The notes beneath the pieces are model-generated. The model saw only the letters and a list, made by a program, of their open reading frames with translations, searched no databases and was not told the DNA's origin. The position numbers and the translations under genes are program-made. This document shows positions 33,482 through 42,889 of a stretch of 64,000 nt of DNA, piece by piece (position 1 is the first letter of the stretch; each line of letters starts with the position of its first letter). This DNA is from Gammaproteobacteria bacterium (lineage in GTDB: Bacteria > Pseudomonadota > Gammaproteobacteria > SZUA-140): NCBI GenBank assembly GCA_021648525.1, contig JAKISP010000008.1:13744-77743 (forward strand), in the 5' to 3' direction.

Positions 33482-34210
33482 TTAAACTGTTAACAACATC
33501 TTTGCACCCGCGATCACTAGCACAACACCCAGTAGCTGACGCAGTACTGGCGGTGCCAATCTTCGTACCGCCAGCTCAGAGCCCACGACAGCCCCCACCA
33601 GCGCTGCTATCACATACCAACCGATGTCATCGGGCCAGGTATTTACCGTCACCATATGCCCCGCTAAGCCCGCTGCTGAGTTCACCAGAATAAAAGCAGC
33701 AGCAATCGCGGCATTGGTACGCATCTGCGTCCAACGTAACCATAAGAGCAGCGGACTGAGGTAAATCCCCCCACCGACACCAGTCAACCCAGAGATAAAC
33801 CCAAGCACGCCGCCCACTGGTAATGACACAGAGAGCGTTGGCTCAACACATTCACGCTCATTACTAACCCTGATAAAGAAAGAGAATGAAGCAAGCATTA
33901 ACGCTGCGCCCATGATGTACTGGAACAGACTGTCACCCGGTGTCAGGGTCCCGCCCCAGAATGCCATTGGCATCGAGGCGATTGCGATGGGCAGGAATAT
34001 CCGCCACGAAAAATAGTCAGCACGATAAAGACGGACGAGTACGAGCGAGGCAACAAATAAATTCATCGTTAAGGCGGCTGGCTTCATCACCTCAGGGGCA
34101 AGACCAAACAGCGCCATCGCCGCCAGATACCCCGAAGCCCCACCATGTCCAACAGAGGAATAAAGCATCGCCATCACACAGATCATCAACAGTAATACAA
34201 AATATTCCAT
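33482..34210 (-). CDS. TSUP (TauE/SafE) family sulfite/anion exporter
   Basis: 242-aa polytopic protein with repeated Gly-rich TM motifs (GHGGASGYLAAMALFGL, TGVGGGIY). Confidence 0.7.
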   Translation of the reverse strand: MEYFVLLLMICVMAMLYSSVGHGGASGYLAAMALFGLAPEVMKPAALTMNLFVASLVLVRLYRADYFSWRIFLPIAIASMPMAFWGGTLTPGDSLFQYIMGAALMLASFSFFIRVSNERECVEPTLSVSLPVGGVLGFISGLTGVGGGIYLSPLLLWLRWTQMRTNAAIAAAFILVNSAAGLAGHMVTVNTWPDDIGWYVIAALVGAVVGSELAVRRLAPPVLRQLLGVVLVIAGAKMLLTV

Positions 34211-34480
34211 TCAGAACACGCCATCGTCATTTAAACTAAAAAAATAAGATCAGGATCACATTATTCAAAAAAGAGTGCGAGGATAATGATAAATCACCTA
34301 CAAAAAAGATAGAAAAGTAATACTTATTCACTTTCAATAAAATGTAATGTCTAATGTATGTCAATGATGTTGTTAATAGTTTCTGGAAACACGCTAATTT
34401 TAAACAAGCATTAAAACGCATCTTTAACTCTCAGCGCAATTTGTAAGAAAAACTTACTACAAGGAATGGAGTAAACATTA

Positions 34481-34954
34481 ATGCAGCTAACCCTGTATAC
34501 GGACTATTCGTTTAGAGTGCTGCTCTACCTCGGCGTCAATCGAGACAGACTATGCACCATAGCGGAAATATCCGAACGTTGCGCTGCCACTCAGAACCAC
34601 CTGGTAAAGGTGGTACACAATCTTGGACGCGAAGGCTATATCCAGACAATGCGCGGCCGTACGGGTGGCATCAGGCTAAAAAAAGAGCCTGAAGAAATCA
34701 ACCTCACTGAGATTATCCGCTGCACCGAAGTTAATCTAAATATCGCTGAATGCCTACGTGAAAATAACACTTGCCACATCACTGAGGTTTGCAAAATAAA
34801 AAATATTTTTAAAGAAGCACAAAGCCAGTTTATCCAGACATTAGACCGCTATACCGTAGCAGACCTGTTAAAAGACAAAGAACAATTAAGCGAAATTTTT
34901 GATGACAAAATCATTCGCAGGATCGACCTTAGTACCGGCACAGACGGCATTTAA
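34481..34954 (+). CDS. Rrf2-family transcriptional regulator (NsrR/IscR-like, three-Cys cluster ligand set)
   Basis: N-terminal wHTH (TDYSFRVLLYLG) and three clustered cysteines, CLRENNTCHITEVC. 157 aa. Confidence 0.75.
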   Translation: MQLTLYTDYSFRVLLYLGVNRDRLCTIAEISERCAATQNHLVKVVHNLGREGYIQTMRGRTGGIRLKKEPEEINLTEIIRCTEVNLNIAECLRENNTCHITEVCKIKNIFKEAQSQFIQTLDRYTVADLLKDKEQLSEIFDDKIIRRIDLSTGTDGI

Positions 34955-35396
34955 AGACGACTGATGCTATCAAGCAGCCCTCGTCATTCCGGTACACACG
35001 AGCCACCGTTAGCTCCCATCTTAAATGCCTTCCCAATACCATCAGTGTTAACCAGGTTTTGATCTTTAATCGTGCGGCTGATCGTATTTAGCCCTACTGG
35101 AAAACAGCCACACACCATCCGTCCAACAGCCTCTTGCCCTTGCGGTGCCACCGTTAGCAGGCTTGCGATGACTGCGCTCAACGTCTCTTAATCGCGCTAA
35201 ACCAGCTACGGCATTCGGCAGCTTCCAGCGCGATAAAGAGACCGCTATCAACCCGGCCACCTAACATACGAGAGCCCCACGATAGCATTGCAATTTATCG
35301 CAATAGAACCACGATTCCCCCTCATCGAGCCTTGTCAGTATGAAAAATGTCTCAGAATCATGCTGATTCAGGTAATTAACACCCCGCACCCCGAGG

Positions 35397-37373
35397 TCAT
35401 GGTGTGCGAGACAGGGCGTCCTGCAGGCGCTCCTTCACATTACCCACCAGTAGCTTAAGACTCGTCCTCACGCCCAGTTGCTTAAGCTTGAGCAGGTCTT
35501 CCTTTATCTCACGTTTGGCTCGCGCCATGTGCTCATGGTGGTAGTTAGTCTTCGCTAATACACCGACCTGCGGCATCTCCGCCAATCCTGAATCGCGAGC
35601 ATGCTCCTGAAAACCCTGGTTCTGCCAGAAAAAGGCACCCGGCATCGTCGTTGGTACCACCAGCACATAAAAAAGTGCACGTCCTACCAACGAAGTTGCA
35701 GTGATTAGCCCCATCACCACCAACCACGCCATCAATCCAAGGCCGCCATCTATGCCACTGGCAGCAAGCAATACGAGCAGTGCGACGCTGAGTGCAAGCG
35801 CCCCATTACGACTATGATAGGTATAACCAAAGGTGGTGCGCTGCTCAAGATGCGCCGCCGCCCCTTCGCCACCCTTTCGATCAAGATCGCGCCCATGGGC
35901 ATAGAGACCGATCGCTTCAAGAATCAAACCCAATGCCATCGGCCACGCCAGCACCGCCATCAAACCACTAAAGCTTTCGCCCTGCAGCACCAGACTGATT
36001 GCAAAGATCACCGCCACCAATACCGAACCCAAGGTCAACATGCTACCGTAAAAACTAGTCAACACCTGCCAATGGTTCCAGTACGGGCGAGCCTCAATGC
36101 GATAGATTTTATGCATCGCATAGATAAACAACGCGCCGGTTACCAACGCACCCAGCCCACAGACGTAACGCAACCCTTCTGTGAAGCCCTCAGGCACAAA
36201 CGGAACCGAGATAAAGCCCAGTACAATATAGCCAACAAATAGTCCAAAAAAGAGCGACAGTGATGCCACTTCGCGACTCACCGGTGAATACTTCAGATTA
36301 TTAAAGGCGCGGTAAAAACGGTGTGGCTTTCCAAGGTGCATGGTCGAGATTACCAGTGCGAAGCCTTGCAGACCCAGCATCGCCATCAACGTCATCGTCA
36401 CAGTAGCAGCGTTAGTCCCTTCGGATAACACTCCCAGTCCCAGTAGTGGCCCAAGAAACAACAAAAAGAATGCCCCCACCACCGCCTGTGAAATCAGGGT
36501 AAAGAGCACCAACGGGTCTTCACGTGAACGCAGCTTATTCAGACTCCATTGCTGTTTTTTCGCCGTTAACACTGCCTTCGGTTTGTACTCCCCTTCACCC
36601 TGCTCATCACGCTGATAACGTAACGGAGCGGTATCGGGGCGCGTCATTTCACGTGGCAGTGAACGCGTCTGTTGAAAGCGAATATTGGGATTGGTGATCT
36701 CAGGCGTTGGAAAACCGGGGATCTGGCTTTTCATCTGCTCACGATTTTCGGGTGCCGTTTCGATCAAACCAAAATCGAGCGCACCACCAAGACAGGCCGC
36801 TGCACAGGCAGGCTTTAACCCCTCTTCCAGGCGATCAACACACATATTACATTTAGAGACCTGGCCTTCAACAGGGTCGAGTTGTGGCGCATTATAAGGG
36901 CAAACCCAGGTACAGTAACCGCAGCCAAAACAGATTTCAGGATCCTGCAGTACCGCCCCATATTCAGCAAATTTTGTATAAGCACGGGTTGGGCAACCTT
37001 TGAGGCAGACCGGATCATCACAATGGTTACAGGCCATCGAGATATTCATCCGACTGTAGGCTGGATAGCTGCCACCCTCTACATAACCGACCGAGCGAAA
37101 ACTGATATGCGCTGGCAGTTGATTTTTTTCACTACAGGCGGCCTCACAGGCGTGACAGGCGATACAGTTATCCGAGGTAAAATGAAAACCGTGCTGTTTA
37201 TAACGATTAGGGTTTTCGCCCACAGAATCGTCACCATTAATGTTTAAACTTTCCCCAACCAGCGGGCTATTTTCATCCACTAATTCAATCGATTTCCCAT
37301 AACGATTTTGCTCCGGTGTTTTAACATCGGGAATAAAGGCGTAATCGGGTTCATCTTTACGTGTTTCAAACAT
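35397..37373 (-). CDS. Fusion protein: N-terminal four-cluster [4Fe-4S] ferredoxin (DmsB/PsrB-like) plus a C-terminal polytopic DmsC/NrfD-like membrane anchor
   Basis: Four Cys clusters (CIACHACEAAC, CNHCDDPVCLKGCP, CFGCGYCTWVCP, CNMCVDRLEEGLKPACAAAC), then ~8 TM helices. No signal peptide. Last gene of the nirB-nirD-nasA operon. Confidence 0.7.
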   Translation of the reverse strand: MFETRKDEPDYAFIPDVKTPEQNRYGKSIELVDENSPLVGESLNINGDDSVGENPNRYKQHGFHFTSDNCIACHACEAACSEKNQLPAHISFRSVGYVEGGSYPAYSRMNISMACNHCDDPVCLKGCPTRAYTKFAEYGAVLQDPEICFGCGYCTWVCPYNAPQLDPVEGQVSKCNMCVDRLEEGLKPACAAACLGGALDFGLIETAPENREQMKSQIPGFPTPEITNPNIRFQQTRSLPREMTRPDTAPLRYQRDEQGEGEYKPKAVLTAKKQQWSLNKLRSREDPLVLFTLISQAVVGAFFLLFLGPLLGLGVLSEGTNAATVTMTLMAMLGLQGFALVISTMHLGKPHRFYRAFNNLKYSPVSREVASLSLFFGLFVGYIVLGFISVPFVPEGFTEGLRYVCGLGALVTGALFIYAMHKIYRIEARPYWNHWQVLTSFYGSMLTLGSVLVAVIFAISLVLQGESFSGLMAVLAWPMALGLILEAIGLYAHGRDLDRKGGEGAAAHLEQRTTFGYTYHSRNGALALSVALLVLLAASGIDGGLGLMAWLVVMGLITATSLVGRALFYVLVVPTTMPGAFFWQNQGFQEHARDSGLAEMPQVGVLAKTNYHHEHMARAKREIKEDLLKLKQLGVRTSLKLLVGNVKERLQDALSRTP

Positions 37374-37382
37374 AGTGGTTCC

Positions 37383-39563
37383 TTAAAATGTCCTTGCCGC
37401 TTTGTTGATAACCGCTGCCGCTTCCTGCTGTGCCACCGGCTCTATCTTAATCGCACATTGCTTAAACGCAGGTTGACGTGAATGCGGATCCAGCAGGCCA
37501 AGACTGACGCGATTGACACATTCATGAAAATGAAACGGGACAAACACCGCATTAGGGGCAACACGGTGTGTCAATTGCACCAGCACCACGGCGTCACCAC
37601 GGCGTGAAATCAATCGCGCATAGGTCATATGTTCAATCCCTAACGCCGCTGCCGCATCCGGGTTCATTTCCATATAGGGGGTTGGGCTGTACTTGTTCTG
37701 ATTACCGATCTTACCGGTACGCGTACGAGTATGAAAATGCTCCACCACCCGGCCACTGTTTAACCAGAATGGAAAATCATCACACGGCACTTCATTGTTA
37801 TCAATAAACGGTAACGGGATCAATTTGGCACGCCCATCGGGATAATTAAACTTGCCATCACAATAGACACGCGCACTACCACTTTCATCATTAGCGCCCA
37901 TCGGCCACTGAAGACCACGAGCTTGCTCGATTTTTTCATGGTTCATACCCGAGATATCAAGAAAACGTCCCTTTGATAACTCACCCATCTCATCAAAAAC
38001 ATCAGAGGCATTTTCAGGAAATTTAATCTTTTGACCATTATCAAAACGTTTTGCCATCTGATTAAAAATCCACAGATCGGGCTTTGATTCACCCGGGGGA
38101 TTCACCACCTTGCTAATCAGGTTAACCCGCCGCTCAGTGTTGGTCATCACACCATTTTTCTCTGCCCACAGGCCTGCCGGAAAAAAGACATGTGCATATT
38201 CAGTCGTCTCAACATCGCGGTAGGCATCCTGCACTACCATAAACTCCAGCCGTTCAAGTGTCTTGCGAATACGAGCGGTATTCGGCATTGAGGTCATCGG
38301 GTTAGTACCGATGATCCACAGCCCTTTAATCTGACCGGTCTCGATCGCCGGAAAGATATCGGTCTGGAACATACCGCGCTTTTTTGGGAAAAATTCAGGA
38401 TCGATCCCCCAGAATTTGGCAATATCTTTTCGGTCCTGCTCTTTCTCCAGCGCACGGTAACCCGGCAGGCCAGAACAGGAAGACCACTCACGGGTACCCA
38501 TCGCATTACACTGCCCGGTGATCGATAGACTAGTCCCCCCCGGCTTACCGATGTTACCGGTAATCAGGTTCAGGCTATTAATGGCCACCACACCATCAGA
38601 ACCGTGGGTACTCTGGTTAATCCCCATGGTCCAGATGCTCATCGCCGCATTCGAATTGGCATAGAGTCGCGCCACATTACGGATGGTATCTTCATCGATG
38701 CCACAGATTTTTGATGCAGTAACCGGATCATACTCTGCCACCAGTTTCTCAAACGCATCAAAACCCGAGGTATGCGCCTTGATGTAATCGCGATCTTCAA
38801 GTCCCTCAGCCAGGATCACATGTGCCAGTGCATTCAACAGCACCAGATCGGTGCCTGGGGTAATCGCCAGATGCATATCAGCAAACTGCGCCAGCATCGT
38901 CACGCGCGGATCAACCACGATCAACGGGAAATTACGTTTTTCACGCGCCTCACGCATGCGCCAGTAGATGATCGGGTGCTGCTCTGGCAGATTGGAACCA
39001 AACGCGATCAGACAGTCGGTGTGGTTAAAATCGTCATAACAACCGGGTGGGCCGTCTGAACCAAAGCTGCGTTTATAACCCGAAACCGCCGAGGCCATGC
39101 AGAGCGTGGTATTACCGTCGTAGTTATTAGTACCAATACAGCCACGTACCAGTTTACCTAAGGTATAAAACTCTTCCGTCAGAATCTGCCCGGTCGAAAC
39201 CACTGCAAAAGCGTCCGGGCCATACTGTTGCTGGATACGTTTGATCTCGGCTGCCGTCTTATCCATTGCCGCATCCCAACTAGTCTCCTGATAGTCATCA
39301 AAGATTCTATCGCGCACTAACGGTTTATCACCACGACCTGCGGAATGAAATAGCTCATGTTCAAAGATCCCCTTAATACAGAGCTTGCCCTGATTAACAT
39401 CGGCACCGCCAACACCCCGTCCAGTGACCGCCCTGCCATCTTTGTCCAGCCCCACTTCAATTGAACACCCCGTCGAACAGTAACCACAAGTGGTGTATTT
39501 CCACTCGACAACATCCTGCACCGGCATTTTTATCGGATTTTTTATTGCGCGACCAAATAGCAT
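37383..39563 (-). CDS. nasA: Assimilatory-type (cytoplasmic, NasA/NarB family) molybdopterin nitrate reductase catalytic subunit
   Basis: N-terminal [4Fe-4S] motif CGYCSTGCS, bis-MGD oxidoreductase motifs and TGRVVEHFHTRTRTGKIG. No twin-arginine signal. 726 aa. Adjacent to nirBD. Confidence 0.8.
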   Translation of the reverse strand: MLFGRAIKNPIKMPVQDVVEWKYTTCGYCSTGCSIEVGLDKDGRAVTGRGVGGADVNQGKLCIKGIFEHELFHSAGRGDKPLVRDRIFDDYQETSWDAAMDKTAAEIKRIQQQYGPDAFAVVSTGQILTEEFYTLGKLVRGCIGTNNYDGNTTLCMASAVSGYKRSFGSDGPPGCYDDFNHTDCLIAFGSNLPEQHPIIYWRMREAREKRNFPLIVVDPRVTMLAQFADMHLAITPGTDLVLLNALAHVILAEGLEDRDYIKAHTSGFDAFEKLVAEYDPVTASKICGIDEDTIRNVARLYANSNAAMSIWTMGINQSTHGSDGVVAINSLNLITGNIGKPGGTSLSITGQCNAMGTREWSSCSGLPGYRALEKEQDRKDIAKFWGIDPEFFPKKRGMFQTDIFPAIETGQIKGLWIIGTNPMTSMPNTARIRKTLERLEFMVVQDAYRDVETTEYAHVFFPAGLWAEKNGVMTNTERRVNLISKVVNPPGESKPDLWIFNQMAKRFDNGQKIKFPENASDVFDEMGELSKGRFLDISGMNHEKIEQARGLQWPMGANDESGSARVYCDGKFNYPDGRAKLIPLPFIDNNEVPCDDFPFWLNSGRVVEHFHTRTRTGKIGNQNKYSPTPYMEMNPDAAAALGIEHMTYARLISRRGDAVVLVQLTHRVAPNAVFVPFHFHECVNRVSLGLLDPHSRQPAFKQCAIKIEPVAQQEAAAVINKAARTF

Positions 39564-39781
39564 CGTATCTCTCCTGACAATCTAACGGTTCACATCAGCC
39601 ACGCCATTGTTATGGCATCGCCTCGATGTGCCTGTTATGTTTCGATTTCTAATTCCGGCCACAAATTAGACCACCCTCGATCCGGAACTTATCCTCAACA
39701 GTCCATCCTTCAACTTTCTTAAATTCACTCATTTAACGCTGCCCTGAAGCAGCATAATTATTGTTACATGGTAACCAACTA

Positions 39782-40165
39782 CTATTTCAGCTCTACGCTG
39801 ATACGGCCGCTATCGACCTTCACTTCATAGCGTCCAGTACAGCCTTCATCAGGCCCCTGCGCCTCGCCACTCTCAAGTGAAATCTTCCAGTTGTGCAATG
39901 GGCAAGTCACGGTATAACCATGCACAATCCCCTGTGATAACGGCCCATCTTTATGCGGGCAGCTATCCCGCAGTGCAAAGATGGTGTCATCGGCGGCACG
40001 GAAAATAGCCACGTCGCCATCGGCAGTCTGTAATACACGCGAACCCAGCCTGGGGATATCGTCAACTGCCCCTACTTCTACCCAATTACTCATGATTGCA
40101 ATACCTCTCATAAAACCGTTGTGTCGCTGCTCGACGCCTGGAGGGCTGCGTGTTGCCTGACCCAC
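39782..40165 (-). CDS. nirD: Nitrite reductase [NAD(P)H] small subunit (Rieske-like)
   Basis: 127 aa with CPHKDGPLSQG...CPLHNW. Immediately downstream of nirB. Confidence 0.85.
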   Translation of the reverse strand: MGQATRSPPGVEQRHNGFMRGIAIMSNWVEVGAVDDIPRLGSRVLQTADGDVAIFRAADDTIFALRDSCPHKDGPLSQGIVHGYTVTCPLHNWKISLESGEAQGPDEGCTGRYEVKVDSGRISVELK

Positions 40166-40184
40166 CCTGCATTTATTTCATTCT

Positions 40185-42626
40185 TTAACCAGGAATCACT
40201 TTCAACGGAGTAAATTCGTTGGGTGCCGATTTACCGCTCACACGCTCAGCCCATGGATCGCTCTGTGAATACTTCTGTGATTCGATAAAACGCTCATTTA
40301 GCATCTGACGACTAGCCGCATCATCAACCACTTTCTCTTTCACATAACTCAACCCAACACGCTCAATCCACGGCGCGGTACGATCCAGGTAATGCGCCTC
40401 TTCGCGGTAAAGCTGAATAAAAGCACCGCAGTACTCTTTAACCTCTTCTTCAGTTTTAACCTTACATAACAGATCCGTTGCACGCACTTTGATGCCACCG
40501 TTACCGGCCACATGCAGCTCATAACCTGAGTCAACACAGACTACTCCAAAATCTTTAATGGTCGCTTCCGCACAGTTACGCGGACAACCAGAGACCGCAA
40601 TCTTAAACTTATGCGGCATATTGGAACCCCAGGTCAATTTCTCTAGCTGTACCCCAAGGCCGGTTGAATCCTGCGTACCAAAACGGCACCACTCAGAACC
40701 GACACAGGTCTTAACGGTACGCAATGTTTTGCCATAGGCATGTCCCGATACCATACCGGCATCGTTAAGGTCACTCCAGACCGCGGGCAAGTCTTCCTTT
40801 TTGATACCGAATAGATCGATACGCTGCCCACCCGTTACCTTCACCATCGGCACTTCAAACTTGTCTGCCACATCAGCAATCGCACGCAGTTCATTTGGCG
40901 TCGTCAGACCACCCCACATACGCGGCACCACGGAGTAGGAACCATCTTTTTGAATATTGGCGTGCACACGCTCATTAACAAAACGCGACTGTGGATCATC
41001 GACCGCTTCCGCAGGCCAGGCCGCCAGCACATAAAAGTTCAATGCCGGGCGACAGGCAGCACAACCATCCGGCTCGCGCCATTCCAGGTGTTCACGCACC
41101 GCTTGAATTGAGATCAGGTGATTATCCTTGATTGCCGCACGTACGGTGTCATGACAGTGGTCGGTACATTTGCACATCGGGGTCGCTTTGGTCGATGCCG
41201 AGTAATCACCCACTGTCGATGCCAGCAGCTGTTCCACCAGACCCGTACAAGAACCACATGAGGCTGATGCCTTGGTATGCGCACGCACTTCATCAAGGGT
41301 AAACAACCCCTCGTTGGTGATCGCCTTCACCACGCATCCTTTAGTCACGCCGTTACAACCACAGACCTCCATCTCATCACTCATCGCCGCGGCAGCATTT
41401 TCACCGCTATGGCCTGAGTCACCTAAATGCGCTTGTCCAAACATCAACGACGCACGGAAATCACTCACATCGGTCTGGTCGCGTAGCAACTGAAAGTACC
41501 ACGCACCGTCGACCGTGTCGCCGTACATCACCGCGCCACTGATCTTGTTATCCTTCAATATCAGTTTTTTGTAGACGCCGTTGGCAGCATCTTTCATCAC
41601 AATCTCTTCGGTGCTCTCATTTCCGATAAAGTCACCCGCAGAGAAAAGATCGACCCCCGTTACCTTCAATTTAGTTGAGGTCACTGAGCCTTCATAAAGA
41701 CCGATGCCATATTCAGCCAGATGATTCGCACACACCCTGGCCTGTTCGAACAATGGAGCAACCAGACCGTAAGTCTCGCCACGATGCTGTACACATTCAC
41801 CCACTGAATAGATTTTAGGGTCAAAGGTCTGCATCGTGTCATTGACAATAATACCGCGCTCGGCATGCAGACCGATACGCTCAGCCAGTTCGATATTGGG
41901 ACGAATCCCGGCAGCCATCACCACCAGATCAGCAGAAATTTCTGAGCCATCTTTAAAACGCACACCACTCACGCGATCACCACCGAGAATCTCCGCCGTC
42001 TGTGCTTCCATCAAAAAGTTCAGGCCTTTCGTTTCCAGCTCCAGCTTTAACATATCGCCCGAAACAGGATCCATCTGACGCTCCATCAAGGTATCCATTA
42101 AATGAACCACGGTGACTGTCATCCCTTGCAACATCAAACCATTAGCTGCTTCAAGCCCTAGCAGACCACCGCCAATCACAACCGCGCTTTTATGGCTTTT
42201 AGCGCACTCAAGCATCGTATCAACATCATGGATATCACGAAAACCGATCACGCCCGTTTTATCATGGCCCGGTACTGGAATAATAAAAGGGTTAGAACCG
42301 GTCGCAAGTAGCAAGCGGTCATAGGACGCTTCACTGCCATCATCCGCTATCACCTTGCGGGCTTTACGGTCAACATTAACGATTTTTTTGCCCGTATGTA
42401 GCGTAATGTTATTCTCTTCATACCACTGCCGATCATTCAGCATGATCTCATCAATGGTTTTTTCACCCGCGAGCACCGGTGAAAGCAGTATACGGTTGTA
42501 GTTACCATATGGCTCTGCGCCAAATACAGTGATGTCATATTTCTCTGGTGCGATCTTCAGCAACTCTTCAAGCGTGCGCACACCGGCCATGCCGTTTCCA
42601 ACTAGAACTAATTTTTCTTTCATCAC
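40185..42626 (-). CDS. nirB: Nitrite reductase [NAD(P)H] large subunit
   Basis: 813 aa. FAD/NAD-binding N-terminus (LVLVGNGMAG), a BFD-like [2Fe-2S] region and the sirohaem/[4Fe-4S] domain (CVGSEWCRFG, GCPRNCAE). Confidence 0.9.
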   Translation of the reverse strand: MMKEKLVLVGNGMAGVRTLEELLKIAPEKYDITVFGAEPYGNYNRILLSPVLAGEKTIDEIMLNDRQWYEENNITLHTGKKIVNVDRKARKVIADDGSEASYDRLLLATGSNPFIIPVPGHDKTGVIGFRDIHDVDTMLECAKSHKSAVVIGGGLLGLEAANGLMLQGMTVTVVHLMDTLMERQMDPVSGDMLKLELETKGLNFLMEAQTAEILGGDRVSGVRFKDGSEISADLVVMAAGIRPNIELAERIGLHAERGIIVNDTMQTFDPKIYSVGECVQHRGETYGLVAPLFEQARVCANHLAEYGIGLYEGSVTSTKLKVTGVDLFSAGDFIGNESTEEIVMKDAANGVYKKLILKDNKISGAVMYGDTVDGAWYFQLLRDQTDVSDFRASLMFGQAHLGDSGHSGENAAAAMSDEMEVCGCNGVTKGCVVKAITNEGLFTLDEVRAHTKASASCGSCTGLVEQLLASTVGDYSASTKATPMCKCTDHCHDTVRAAIKDNHLISIQAVREHLEWREPDGCAACRPALNFYVLAAWPAEAVDDPQSRFVNERVHANIQKDGSYSVVPRMWGGLTTPNELRAIADVADKFEVPMVKVTGGQRIDLFGIKKEDLPAVWSDLNDAGMVSGHAYGKTLRTVKTCVGSEWCRFGTQDSTGLGVQLEKLTWGSNMPHKFKIAVSGCPRNCAEATIKDFGVVCVDSGYELHVAGNGGIKVRATDLLCKVKTEEEVKEYCGAFIQLYREEAHYLDRTAPWIERVGLSYVKEKVVDDAASRQMLNERFIESQKYSQSDPWAERVSGKSAPNEFTPLKVIPG

Positions 42627-42889
42627 CCATGATCCCTGAATACAAAAGCTATACAGCGCATTAGCAATTACCGTACCAATGCCAACAGGCTATTTAACTG
42701 ATTGTTTTTTATAAAAAATAATAAATAAAACTAGTCATACAACCATTCCATTGCAGCGACTCCGCGCCAATCAAGTGCATTAAACAAGACTATGCGCCAT
42801 TTCTGCACAAGAAAAAACATAGCAGATAACCCGACAGTGATAATGCGCTAGAATGGCAACTCTAAAACAGCCACAACAACAAGCAGTTA

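Noticed and set aside
35814-36242. 142-aa plus-strand ORF rich in His/Arg/Gln
   Set aside because: Entirely antisense to the well-supported Fe-S/DmsC fusion gene. Shadow ORF.
42627-42889. Candidate FNR/NarL/NsrR boxes upstream of nirB
   Set aside because: The region is AT-rich and clearly a promoter. However, I could not identify a convincing TTGAT-N4-ATCAA or NsrR palindrome by eye, so no specific site is claimed.
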